Shown: one piece after another, positions 10,532-21,274 of the stretch
Position numbering within the stretch: position 1 is the first letter of the stretch
Layout of the letters: each line of letters starts with the position of its first letter
Source of the DNA: Schizochytrium sp. TIO01
Lineage: Eukaryota > Protista > Bigyra: Labyrinthulomycetes
Assembly (NCBI GenBank): GCA_004764695.1
Contig: SMSO01000031.1
Span: 2,766,436-2,830,435 of the forward strand
Reading direction: 5' to 3'
DNA length: 64,000 nt
Made by a program: the position numbers and the translations under genes
Notes under the pieces: generated by a model
Told to the model about the DNA's origin: nothing
The model's input: the letters and a program-made list of their open reading frames with translations, nothing else
Databases searched by the model: none

Positions 10532-11642
10532 AGCAACTAACTTGTCTGAGCAGTTGCTTTATGCTGTTGTAGATTATATCGTACCTTTTCAAAAGACCAC
10601 CTTCGCCGATTGTAATGTAAAACTTTAAGGTTAACTCATTTCTTCAACTAACTTTAGCAGTAGGGAGGAAATGAAGATCATTATGGACTAAACTCTTCTC
10701 AAATTTCTGCATTGATTTATCCCAGCGAATTTGGCTTATCAATCTTTTATGTTGACTTATTTACTGATACAAAACTCTATAAATACGAAATTTTATCTAT
10801 TCCGGTAGTCTTCTTAGCACATGAAATCGTTCATAGATGTAACACAATATACCTCTGCAGAAGTTAAAATTGTGTGAATCCAAACACTTTCGGATTTTTA
10901 TTTCTTCAAACTCCATCTATGTCCACCCGCGTGGGCAAGAGGGTCGCAATAATAAAGCAATTGCACAATTCAACTTACTTTTTGTAAAATAAATCAACGT
11001 TTTCTGCGCCTCAGAACGTCGGTTCCGTAGACTTCCTTCTACTTGCAACCCATCCATCCTGCTGACTAGATTTATGTTGCCCCAAAATTACAGTAGATCT
11101 GTAAAAAAATGTATCGGCATCACACTAGATATTGATTTAAAAAGAAAATGTTTTTCATCGCTACTAAATTAGGTTCCAAAATAGAATCCAATTGATGGAA
11201 GGAGAAAAAAAAAAGGCCGTTAGACCATATTTCTGTGCAGAATTGGTAAAACTTGACGGTGATTAATCAATTTGAGGTAGCCAGGTAAATAGCACTTGTT
11301 TTATCATAAAACCTGCCTGAGAATGTTTACTAAGGTCTATCATGGAAAGCTTTTCTATATATCATTTTAGTGTCAGTTCTGGCGGGTTTCCAAAGTGCGA
11401 TTTTTGATTTTATTTTTGAAATTGTTTAGATACCAAAACAGTATCAAAAGGTCTGGAAGAAAAGTTAATAGGCCTTATTGCCTAGTAGTAGTTTTAACAT
11501 GAGAAAAAAAGAGTTAGGGCGCGGAGTTCAACTCAAATTGCTGATGCGCAGAGGTCTTGTTGCGCGAAGTGGAGAGCAGAATCCGAGCGGAATCCACCGC
11601 TCAGATCCTACTCACCACCCGTGAGGGAAACTACACCCGCCC

Positions 11643-14600
11643 ATGTCGCAGGGTGGGCGCAGGAAACCTGGAGACTTCGCTGCAAACCATGGCGTAGCCC
11701 CTCACTCCACTTTGACTTCTTCATCAAAGAGCTCTTCAGACCTTTCGAGACCGAGCCTACCTAATTTACAATCAAATTCAAGCTTTAAATCTCTTCATCA
11801 GCACACTATGGATAGTTTAGAGAACGCTGCCGGTTCGCCTGCTGTGTCACTTGCAGGAAGGACTAATGGCAGTTTCAAAGCAATAATTGCGGATAACGAG
11901 GGATCGAGAATCTCAGCGTTGGAATCGCCGCGGTCCGAATCAAGTTCATGGAGAAGCTCAATCCTGGGAGGCGAGAATGATCAAAACTTTAAGTTTGGAC
12001 GCGCGAGCTCAAATCGAGCTTTGCAGGAAGGTCTTCAGGATCTCACTCCAGGTGCAACTGCTGCTTCCATGACAGACTCGCCATCTTCGCGCAAAGGACA
12101 TCGTACCATGAATAAAAGCTGGGATGAGTTACGAGAGCTGTCTTCATCACTTTTATTAGATGAAACAATGATGAATGTGGCTTCTCTGGATGGAAAGGAT
12201 CCTTTCGAGCTTGAGAGGCAGGATCGTGAGCCGTCATCACAACAACTCGTTTTCCGCAACGATGCAATTCACGGTGACGATGCAGGGGGTGATACCATTG
12301 ATGCATGGCCTTTGGACTCAAACAAAGCAAATTCATCAACTATTGTTCATTTGCACCGATCCGGGAGTTTCACCATCTCAAGCCCGAGAGGCACGAGGTC
12401 AAGTAGTGGCGCTGGAGGTAGTGACATGGAAGAGACTAAAGGTGACACAAGCATTGCCGAACTAGGTTCACATTGGAAGTCTGCACTAACAGTGACAAGC
12501 CTTCACAAGTCATACCTTCGTCTTCTATCTGAGCAACGTTCCCTCAAAGATGCCCTCCATGCTTCTGAAAGGCGTTGTGCAGAACTCCTTCGTATTGCGC
12601 AGGACGCTGATGCACAACATGCACAGAACGAACGCGATCAAGCTCTTGCTAATTCTGCTCAGAGTCAAGCTCAGGATCGTGCTCTCGAGGTAGCTAAGAA
12701 TCGTATCAGTGATCTTGAACAGGAACTTGCATCCATCACAAATGCAAAATCCGAGCTTATCCATTGGAAACAACAGCATCTAGCTCTTGAACAAGAGTCG
12801 TTGGGAGCATTACGGGAAGCATTGCATGAGTCTCATGGGGAAAAGTCCGAAATGGAAAAGTCGCTTCAGGAACTTCAGGAAATGACAAAGTCACAGCAAA
12901 AGAGTATCGAAAGGCATAATGCTAGTGCACCTCGCATTCTCCGTGGCATTCTTCTACGGTGGCAAAGAGCACGAGTCTACTCAGCCTGGAAGACTTGGCT
13001 GCAATTCGTTGCAGACGTCGATGCTCAGCAACGATCAGAACATACCGCGGAGCTAGCTCTGCAAAGAATGCGTCGTCGGGAATTATTTAAGTCTATTTCA
13101 ACATGGCGGCACTTTACCCAACATAGACGCAGGACCAAGCAAGTGCAGCAGAGCATTATATTTCGCATGAAACACCGAGCTGCCTCACAGAGTATGACTT
13201 CCTGGAAGATCTTTACACTACAGCAACAGAACACTCGTAGTGTTCTGCGTCGCCTTGCTTCACTTGTTCTTCATCGGAATTTTGCAAGAGCATTTTGGAC
13301 TTGGGAGCGTAGAACCAAAGAAATCTCACGGCTTGAGCACCTTGCTCGTCTCGAAGAGGATCTCCAAAGAAAAGTCTCACGAAAACACGATGCAATGCTT
13401 GCTTTAGCCGATATATGTGTTGCTCGTTGGCAAGGGGATCTGCAACGCATGGTTCTTTTAACTTGGAAAGAAAATGCAGCTGTCTCCAAACAACAGCGTT
13501 GCTTATATTTTTTCATGCAGTGGAAAACCAATGCCGGCACCAACTCACGAGAACGGCGCATTATGGAACGAGCAGTGTCTCGTTTGCGGAACCGAAAGTT
13601 GAACAGCGTTTTTCAAACATGGAATACCAATGTGCAAGCTCAACTTGCGTGCAAGGCCAAAATTGGTTGCTTTTTAGGTCGTTGGCGGAATGCGCGCCTC
13701 TCTAGCTATTTTGAACGATGGTCAACATTTGCTTCAGATAGCATTCGTAAAAAGGAACGCGCACGGGGCATCCTTGCAATTCTTCGACAAGATGTTTTGG
13801 CTATCCGTTTCTATGATTGGGTTGACGAAGTTGCGTTCCGTAGGGAACAGCGCGCTGTAGGAGACCAAGAAGAAGCAAGAAATCATGCCCTGCTTCTTAA
13901 ATTTGCCGCCCACTGGAAACATCGAGCTCTCTCGCGTGTCTTTGAGCGATGGACTGAGGTTGCACAACGCAGAAGGTACCTTCGACGGTTTCTTCAACGT
14001 ATGGAGCGACAGTCCCAATATCAAGATTTGTACGCAGCTTTCCAGAAGCTCAAGCTTTTGCAAAGAATGGCAATGCATGCACATATTGTGAAACTCGAAG
14101 CAGCACTTGCAAGCACACAATCAGAGCTGAAAATCCTTCAAGAGCAATCTGGCCAGGAAATTTCAAACTTAGCTAAAGAAAAGGCCAATCAACGCGAACA
14201 CCATCTGCACCATGTTGTTGGGCTTATGCGAAATAGGCAGCTTGCTCGCGCCTTCAATCAATTTAAAATGAATGTGAGCAAGCTGGTACATGACCGCAGA
14301 GTGCTCCGCACATTTGTGGAAAAGTGGAGACATCGACGCTCATTCCAGGTTCTTTCTTCCTGGCAAACGTTTGTTACAAAGAGGAAGTTTCTCCGGAAGT
14401 TCCTGGATAATCTACTTCGTGACAAAACCTCGCGACTTATTACAACCTCATTTCGAACATGGCATTTCAATACTACTACAGGATATCAAGCTTCGCTGAA
14501 AGAAAAAATTACCCAAGATGCGTCTCTAATTGAGTCTCTGAAGGAACAACTTGCAGATTTAATTTCCCAACGGGACGCGCTTTCTGCACGTTATAACGCT

Positions 14601-17600
14601 GATGTTAAACGATTCCAAGAACAACGAAACGATGCATGTCGACGGCTTGCCACTAAACTTGCAGTTGTGTCAGATTCTCAAATGCTGCAGAATTGCTTCC
14701 GTGCCATTAAAATAAATGCAGAGCAAGGTCGACGAGATCGCATTATTATGCAGCGTTTTTCTCAGCGCTGGAAAAACCAAACCATGTCGAGAGCATTCAC
14801 AGCTTGGGTCGCAAGTATTCAAGAAATGAAATCCAATCGCAAGTTGTTACATCGTTTCGCTATTCAGCTGCAAAAAGCAAACCTTGCTGCGTCTTTTCGT
14901 TCGTGGAGCTTAGCAGCGCGTGAGCGTAAAGCTAATCGAGCCAAGGTTCTCATGTTTTTTCGTCGACAAGAGCAGCAAACGTTCTGGAGGTGCTTTGAGC
15001 ATTGGAAAATCTTCACAACTGATAGTGTGGCTCAAAAAGAGCGCGCTCAAAGTCTATTTGCTACTTTGATGCATGAAGGACTTCGAAGCAGATTTCATCA
15101 GTGGGTATTATATGTGCGTGATGTCAAAGAAGCTAGAGAGGAATTAATACAATCAGAAAAAATTGTGGAGCGAGTTATGATAAGGATGAGAAAAGGGACC
15201 ATAAGCCGTGCCTTTTCAAGCTGGCATGCGCACACATGTGAACGGCGGGCCCATAGAGAACGAGTGTTTCATTTTATTCAGCGCTGGAGAATGCGAAGCG
15301 TGGCTCAGGCTTTTGACACGTGGCTAGATAATGCTCGAGACCGCCAACGTCTTCGTGCGCTTGTACATAAATGTCTTCTCCGCATGGACTCTTCCTTGCT
15401 GTATTCGGCGTTTAGAAAATGGGCTTCTTTTGCATCTAAAGCACTTTTTGAAACCGTGAATGCATACGCACGCGAGGTTGCCGAACTCCAAACCCAGTTA
15501 GGTCAACTTGAATGGGAGCGTCAGGCACTCGAGACTAATTTGGGAGATCAACTCCGCTCTGTTGTTGCCCATAGAGATCGGATCCGTGAAAAACATGCTG
15601 ATTCTGTTATGTATACATGGCGCAATCACCTTATGCTTATGATTTTCCAGCATTGGCAATTGATGACAAAGGAGATTAAACGAAAGCGCCTTCTTGTTAC
15701 CCGTTTTCTAGCACGTTTGACCCAACAACGGAAGGCTAAGTCGTTTTCAGGCTGGGTCTCACGAGTACAGGAACAGAAGAGGCAGCGCCATCTTGTTTTT
15801 ATTGGAGTTTCTCGTCTGAGAGAACGTACATTAGCACGGAGTTTCGCTTCATTTAAAAATGTGCTTGCTCTGCGACAAAAACGGCAACGTGCTGCTACAT
15901 TGATGATGCATACCATAAGGCGCCTTCTGCAGGCTCGCCTAGCACGCGCATGGAGAACATGGCTTGGGTCAGTTTTGCATCATCTCAAAAACAATGAAGT
16001 GGTTGCACGTGGTCAGACAGGAATTCTGATCGAATCCATGCGAGAACGCTGTGTTCGTGTTTCTGTTGCATCTTGGCAGAAAATAGCCATGGCCAAAGCG
16101 CTTGCAACCTGGAAGTCCCAAGCTACTGCTCTGAAGGCGCAAAAGCGTCGTACTGGTACATTTATTTGTCGATGGCGTAATATGCGGTCTGCAGCTGCTT
16201 GGAGAGGGTGGCGGAGTTTCATTTCAGAAGAGAAGCAAAAGCGGGAGGCATTGCGCTCTTTAATATTGCGCTGGCGCAAACAGAAGCTGGCGCTCGGTAT
16301 CCGAACCTGGGTAAGCTCTACAAATATGAGTCTTGTAATTAAATTGCGAGAATCATCACAAGAGAGTATTGTTCTTGCATGTTGGCAAAAGGGGCGCATT
16401 GCAACTCTGGCAAGATGTGTTCGAGCCTGGGCAGCTCTTGCACATGCAAGACTTACAAAGATAAGGGCTACCAAAAAGTTAATGACGTTTGTCAAACGTA
16501 TGAGATCAACTGCACTGCTAAGAGCTTTGAACAAATGGAAGTTAGTAGCTTTGGAAAAGTATTCCCAGCTTTATCATTTCAAAGAGCGCAATGGCATTGT
16601 TGGAGCCATTCAGAATAGCTTGGTACAAATCGTGTGCAATGCAGTGTTATTTCCATCATTGAGTGGGCTGGCTGCGGAGTCCTCGTTTTCTTATAAACAC
16701 GATACCCACGTGACGACATTGCTTCATCGTCAGGAGCCCATGTTGCATCAAAATGTGACCCCCGCGCAGCGGCGAACATCAGGTCTTTGTGGTGTAGTTT
16801 GGGGAGCAATTATGCAAGCAATGGGCAGTGGAAGCCATCACTTATTTTCATCAGATGCTTTGCAAGTTTTTGAGGTCGTCGAGGATACGCTTGTGCAGTA
16901 TGATCACACTGGTTCTTTAACAAAATCATCTCCTGCAGGTTCTAGCTTAACAGCGTATACGATTCGGCTGCGCCAAACCGTCGCGCTACAAGACGCAAGT
17001 ACAGATCCACGTTTTAATCCAGATATTGATACTCCTCATTTGCGCTTTAGAAATCTAGTTAGTCCACTCAGCGGACCATTTGGAATCAGTGGCATAGCTA
17101 GTCCCCCAATGACGCCTAACTCACCGAGCGCATTCTCAATGAGTTCGGGACCAATGGGTGATTTCCCATCTGTCTCTTTAGTCTGCGTGCCAATTTTTGG
17201 AACAGAGGATCAAGTGATTGGTCTAATTCAAGCTAGTCGTACGCCGCGTAATTATCATGGTTCAAATTATCAAGTCCCAGATGATCATTACTTAGATGCT
17301 ACAGTCGGAGTTTTAAGTGTAGCTGCAGACTCTATTTCAGTAGTTCTCCAATGGGCAAGCTCCTTGGAACAACAGGATTATCAGGTGGACGGCTTACGCG
17401 GAGAGGCGGATGGACTGCACAATAATCTCGAGGTTATAGAACAAGCTAAGGAACGTTTGGAGCGAAAGATACACCGGCTTGAACAAGACGCGTCGTCTTC
17501 TACGTCTCATTTGACAAAACAACTTAGAGCAGCGCAACGAAAAATTAACCAACTGCAAACTCGCGCAACCTCGGTCTCTCGAATTGAAGCTGAGGTCAAG

Positions 17601-17762
17601 AGGCTCCTCGATCACTATGATTCTGTTATGGAAAAGTCTGCCTCTGTGCGCCCAGTAAGCTCGCCAACATCGCCCTCTGCTTCTGACCTTGATGTACAAG
17701 ATCTTCGACAGCTGCAGGCTGAACAGCAGTCTCTCCTGAAACAACTGGATGGGTTCTACTGA
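11643..17762 (+). CDS. SFI1: Sfi1-like centrin-binding repeat protein with coiled coils and a C-terminal GAF domain (2039 aa)
   Basis: Dozens of repeats with a conserved Trp (SAWKTW, RAFWTW, SVFQTW, SYFERW, RAFTAW, QAFDTW, SAFRKW) across ~12930-16560. GAF-like segment TVALQDASTDPRFNPDID...SLVCVPIFGTEDQVIGLIQAS at ~16780-17355. Terminal coiled coil. Confidence 0.8.
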   Translation: MSQGGRRKPGDFAANHGVAPHSTLTSSSKSSSDLSRPSLPNLQSNSSFKSLHQHTMDSLENAAGSPAVSLAGRTNGSFKAIIADNEGSRISALESPRSESSSWRSSILGGENDQNFKFGRASSNRALQEGLQDLTPGATAASMTDSPSSRKGHRTMNKSWDELRELSSSLLLDETMMNVASLDGKDPFELERQDREPSSQQLVFRNDAIHGDDAGGDTIDAWPLDSNKANSSTIVHLHRSGSFTISSPRGTRSSSGAGGSDMEETKGDTSIAELGSHWKSALTVTSLHKSYLRLLSEQRSLKDALHASERRCAELLRIAQDADAQHAQNERDQALANSAQSQAQDRALEVAKNRISDLEQELASITNAKSELIHWKQQHLALEQESLGALREALHESHGEKSEMEKSLQELQEMTKSQQKSIERHNASAPRILRGILLRWQRARVYSAWKTWLQFVADVDAQQRSEHTAELALQRMRRRELFKSISTWRHFTQHRRRTKQVQQSIIFRMKHRAASQSMTSWKIFTLQQQNTRSVLRRLASLVLHRNFARAFWTWERRTKEISRLEHLARLEEDLQRKVSRKHDAMLALADICVARWQGDLQRMVLLTWKENAAVSKQQRCLYFFMQWKTNAGTNSRERRIMERAVSRLRNRKLNSVFQTWNTNVQAQLACKAKIGCFLGRWRNARLSSYFERWSTFASDSIRKKERARGILAILRQDVLAIRFYDWVDEVAFRREQRAVGDQEEARNHALLLKFAAHWKHRALSRVFERWTEVAQRRRYLRRFLQRMERQSQYQDLYAAFQKLKLLQRMAMHAHIVKLEAALASTQSELKILQEQSGQEISNLAKEKANQREHHLHHVVGLMRNRQLARAFNQFKMNVSKLVHDRRVLRTFVEKWRHRRSFQVLSSWQTFVTKRKFLRKFLDNLLRDKTSRLITTSFRTWHFNTTTGYQASLKEKITQDASLIESLKEQLADLISQRDALSARYNADVKRFQEQRNDACRRLATKLAVVSDSQMLQNCFRAIKINAEQGRRDRIIMQRFSQRWKNQTMSRAFTAWVASIQEMKSNRKLLHRFAIQLQKANLAASFRSWSLAARERKANRAKVLMFFRRQEQQTFWRCFEHWKIFTTDSVAQKERAQSLFATLMHEGLRSRFHQWVLYVRDVKEAREELIQSEKIVERVMIRMRKGTISRAFSSWHAHTCERRAHRERVFHFIQRWRMRSVAQAFDTWLDNARDRQRLRALVHKCLLRMDSSLLYSAFRKWASFASKALFETVNAYAREVAELQTQLGQLEWERQALETNLGDQLRSVVAHRDRIREKHADSVMYTWRNHLMLMIFQHWQLMTKEIKRKRLLVTRFLARLTQQRKAKSFSGWVSRVQEQKRQRHLVFIGVSRLRERTLARSFASFKNVLALRQKRQRAATLMMHTIRRLLQARLARAWRTWLGSVLHHLKNNEVVARGQTGILIESMRERCVRVSVASWQKIAMAKALATWKSQATALKAQKRRTGTFICRWRNMRSAAAWRGWRSFISEEKQKREALRSLILRWRKQKLALGIRTWVSSTNMSLVIKLRESSQESIVLACWQKGRIATLARCVRAWAALAHARLTKIRATKKLMTFVKRMRSTALLRALNKWKLVALEKYSQLYHFKERNGIVGAIQNSLVQIVCNAVLFPSLSGLAAESSFSYKHDTHVTTLLHRQEPMLHQNVTPAQRRTSGLCGVVWGAIMQAMGSGSHHLFSSDALQVFEVVEDTLVQYDHTGSLTKSSPAGSSLTAYTIRLRQTVALQDASTDPRFNPDIDTPHLRFRNLVSPLSGPFGISGIASPPMTPNSPSAFSMSSGPMGDFPSVSLVCVPIFGTEDQVIGLIQASRTPRNYHGSNYQVPDDHYLDATVGVLSVAADSISVVLQWASSLEQQDYQVDGLRGEADGLHNNLEVIEQAKERLERKIHRLEQDASSSTSHLTKQLRAAQRKINQLQTRATSVSRIEAEVKRLLDHYDSVMEKSASVRPVSSPTSPSASDLDVQDLRQLQAEQQSLLKQLDGFY

Positions 17763-17927
17763 GGTAATATTAGTATCTATATGAGAAGACAACTCATTAT
17801 TTTACTTTAGAATAGAGTAATTTTTATTAAGTGATTTGAATCAGGGTCATGCCAACTTACAGTTTTATTGCAATGACGAGGCGCACTAATCAGGAAGTAT
17901 ATGGACGTTTACGAAAAAGCAAATTCT

Positions 17928-20678
17928 TCAGGAGTCTCCAGATAGCACCCACTGTTGAAGTTGCTCATTCCAGATCCACCCGTTGTGCTCGTCTCCATAT
18001 TGCTCTTCACCCGTCCATTCACCTGTGTTACACTCTGCGTTTCCTTGAGTCCAATGTTCATCTGTGTATTCATGATAATGATTTACTCCAACACCATAGT
18101 TGTCATGAGTCTGGGTGTCAGAGGCTTGAATATGGTAATTTTCCCCTGAATTTCCCCATGTGCTTTGCTGATAGTTATCATTTGGTCTATTTGTATCGTA
18201 CTCTCCGAAATAACCCTGCAATGGTCCCTCGTATGTTTCTGAGTAGCCATATTGGTATGCACTATTAGAAACCACATCTTGATATGCGTCGCCTTCGTCA
18301 ATATGATGGCTACTATCGATATTCCAATTGCCATTAGAAGGATTCCATTCATAATGCTGCTGCTCTAGTTCTTGATCAACGTACGTCTGGTCAGTAGCGT
18401 ACACATAATTATCGTTTTGAGCAGTGCCCTCATAATAGGAGGTTGACAATATCGTCTCAGGAGATTGCCAAATTTGATTATTTTCGTCCCAAGTCCACCC
18501 ATTCTGATCACTCGAGTCTGCGTATGTTGACTGATCTGGATTCAACACATCGTATAGAGCACTTTCGTAATGGTACTGTTCACTTGGGTGTGTGACCTCA
18601 TGAGGTAGAGAGTTCAAAACTTGTTGCTGACTATTGTAGTCCATGCCGTGTAAGTTCGTTTGTTTTTCCATATCGGTGTACGGATTCTCAGAGATTATAG
18701 CTTGCTTCGATGACATTGAAGAGACGCCATTAGTATCTGCGTGATATTTCTGCTCTTCACGGGTAAGCTTATGCTGCTCAAACTTTTGAGCATATAACAA
18801 CTTTGTGCGAAGCTTTAGAGCGCACTCGTCCTCTCGAGCCATCAGGTCACTTTCAAGTTTGACTCGATTTTGTTCCCTCAGAAAATCGCGATGCTCACAC
18901 CTTCGTAGATACTCCTCTTCCTCAAGTAAATAGGCTCGCCTAGCATCCTTTGACATTCTTTTGATAGCTTTTCGAACGCCATCCTTATCCTCGGCTGTCA
19001 TCATACGACGCTCGCTTAAGAGCAAATTAGTAAAATATCTCCTCATGAATGTTGCAAAGTCATCTTCAGCACTCATGAGCTTAAGCTCCATGTCACGGCG
19101 ACTTTCTTGATCTTTTGCGAATTCAATATTTTCAATTGCAGAGTATACACCAGACGTAAGCACCTCCTCCACCAGAACTTGGCGAGAGTAGACTCGTGCC
19201 TCTATTTTGAAGATGATGTGATCAAGTGCCCCTATAACTTGATTTCGAATCAACTGTTCTTCTCGTTCGCGAATAGCGCGTTCTTTGTCTAACTTATCTT
19301 GCAAATCTTTTGCTTTCTGTGCATCGATTGCAGCAAGTTTAGCGACTGCGAGAGCTTCTTCTTCCAAGTTTGGAGGCTCTTCTTCACATAAGAAAAATAT
19401 TTCTGGAGTTGTGAATGAGCTTAGAACATCACCTTGCGAAGATGAAGACTTGGAAACCAATAAAGCCTTGCCAAAGCCTCCTGTGCGCGTTTTCTGCTCA
19501 ATTTTAACCGCAAGGAGTCGTTCTTCTATTGCAAGGCGTTTGTTACGCTGGAGGCTTGCACAATAGTCTAACATATCTTTCTTTTGAGCTTTCTGTAGTG
19601 CATTGGATGCTCTCCTATCTAATTCAGAATTGAGAAGCTCTTGTACCTCTACAGTTGAATATTTTGCAATAATTAAAGAACGTAAAAGCTCCTCTTGAGA
19701 TAGAAGTTTGAGTGTTCGTACCACCATTGCGTACGTCTCGCTATCGATGCGCTCATAACGAGTTTGGAAAATTAGAGGTGCGGGCGTTGGCTCTGAAGCA
19801 GCCCTGCAAATAGAAACAACAGAACCTTTCCGAATTGCCTCGCGTCTGACAAATTCGTTTTTCATGTTTTGGCACAAAATAGTCAAGGCTTGTACAGCAC
19901 TCTGTCGGCATAGTGCTCTTGGCCAACGAAAAAGGGCGTCCCGTTTTACACAGACTTGACCAAGCACAGCGAGCTCCAGAAGAACTCGCATCACATCATC
20001 TATTTGAACAATTTGGTGTTGATGTTCTGGTTGAAGTGCTGTGTTCAGTAAGAAAGCACATGCTTGCAATCGTTGTGTTGCTTCTTGGCCAAAGCGAGCA
20101 TTTTCCGCAGCTTGGAGTAGAAGTTGATGCTGAGCAATTGGAATTTGAGGTGGTGGGTCAGTTGACCATTGTGAATCTAGTTTCTTGCGTGGTGAACTCA
20201 ACGTCTTTGCATGTTTCACCTCGCAATCGATGGAGCTTGTTTTGAGACTTGCTGTTTGGTTTAATTTCTGTTTGCGCCCGACACGACAAGTTGATACAAA
20301 GTCCTTCATAGCACTTTCCCTTTGAATGCTAGCAAGATTTCGAGCTGCTTCTTCTGACAATCGATTAAAATCAACTTGGGGAAGACGAAGTGGTTTGTTA
20401 CTTGAAACATGGATGCAAAGGGTTTCTTTTGTTTGTGGCTCTTTGCGATCACCCCTTGCGGTCAATTTGTCTTGATTGCACAATTTCTTCCTTCTAGCAA
20501 AGTTTCCCCTTCTGGTTGCTAAAAGTTGTTTATTGCCAAGACTGACTTCAGAGCAAACTTCTGGCTTTCTTCTTTCATGAGCAATGCTAGCATGTTTCCA
20601 TGATGGCAACATCAAGTCACTTGTGGATTTTGGCTGACGTACCTGACTTGGAAGCGAGTCTGAATGCCTATAAAACAT
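17928..20678 (-). CDS. Hypothetical protein (916 aa): helical/ARM-like segment, charged coiled coil, Tyr/Gln/Asn/Trp-rich tail
   Basis: Long ATG-initiated ORF. Repeated MxxED motifs (MSAEDD, MTAEDK, MAREDE). C-terminal aromatic repeats GWTWDENNQIW, EWNPSNGNW, GWIWNEQLQQW. Confidence 0.8.
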   Translation of the reverse strand: MFYRHSDSLPSQVRQPKSTSDLMLPSWKHASIAHERRKPEVCSEVSLGNKQLLATRRGNFARRKKLCNQDKLTARGDRKEPQTKETLCIHVSSNKPLRLPQVDFNRLSEEAARNLASIQRESAMKDFVSTCRVGRKQKLNQTASLKTSSIDCEVKHAKTLSSPRKKLDSQWSTDPPPQIPIAQHQLLLQAAENARFGQEATQRLQACAFLLNTALQPEHQHQIVQIDDVMRVLLELAVLGQVCVKRDALFRWPRALCRQSAVQALTILCQNMKNEFVRREAIRKGSVVSICRAASEPTPAPLIFQTRYERIDSETYAMVVRTLKLLSQEELLRSLIIAKYSTVEVQELLNSELDRRASNALQKAQKKDMLDYCASLQRNKRLAIEERLLAVKIEQKTRTGGFGKALLVSKSSSSQGDVLSSFTTPEIFFLCEEEPPNLEEEALAVAKLAAIDAQKAKDLQDKLDKERAIREREEQLIRNQVIGALDHIIFKIEARVYSRQVLVEEVLTSGVYSAIENIEFAKDQESRRDMELKLMSAEDDFATFMRRYFTNLLLSERRMMTAEDKDGVRKAIKRMSKDARRAYLLEEEEYLRRCEHRDFLREQNRVKLESDLMAREDECALKLRTKLLYAQKFEQHKLTREEQKYHADTNGVSSMSSKQAIISENPYTDMEKQTNLHGMDYNSQQQVLNSLPHEVTHPSEQYHYESALYDVLNPDQSTYADSSDQNGWTWDENNQIWQSPETILSTSYYEGTAQNDNYVYATDQTYVDQELEQQHYEWNPSNGNWNIDSSHHIDEGDAYQDVVSNSAYQYGYSETYEGPLQGYFGEYDTNRPNDNYQQSTWGNSGENYHIQASDTQTHDNYGVGVNHYHEYTDEHWTQGNAECNTGEWTGEEQYGDEHNGWIWNEQLQQWVLSGDS

Positions 20679-21274
20679 CTTGCTCTCAGGTCAGATCCGG
20701 AAAACCACAACAATATAGGTCCTCACATAGAAGAACTGCCCTGCATATGAACCAAGGTACTGCGAGCTTGGAAGTGGCAACTTGCTCCTAGCCTAGGTAC
20801 CTTCTGGTCTACGATCGCAGTTAAAATAAGTCTTCGTCATCTGCAATATCCTATGAATGGTATGAGCACAGAGGTAGGTGTGTACTTCTACGAATTTGGA
20901 ACAATTTTACTTTTTCTTTTGTTCTTTCTTGGTTTAAGGGCTATCATGTTAGTAGCTTGGAGCATTGGTCTGCTATACGAGGATGTTACTCTTATGCAAA
21001 GGTTGGGCAGACAGAACCCTGCCATAGTCCCTAGGGACTGTTGTGCTGAGGCAGTTGTTTGTAAATGACAAGGAAGAATTTAGATTCAGCTGTACAAAAC
21101 AGAAGCTATACTAATGCATATAAGAGGCTATCAAGTCGCGCTTCTACTGTTGTTTTTCTTCTCTCGTACAAATATTGCGGAAGAGTGCAGCGGCGCTAGA
21201 GTAGTTGCCAAAACTATGCATTTGATCAAATATCGTAATTTTGCTGAATATTAGTTAAAAGAAACACTGCAAAT

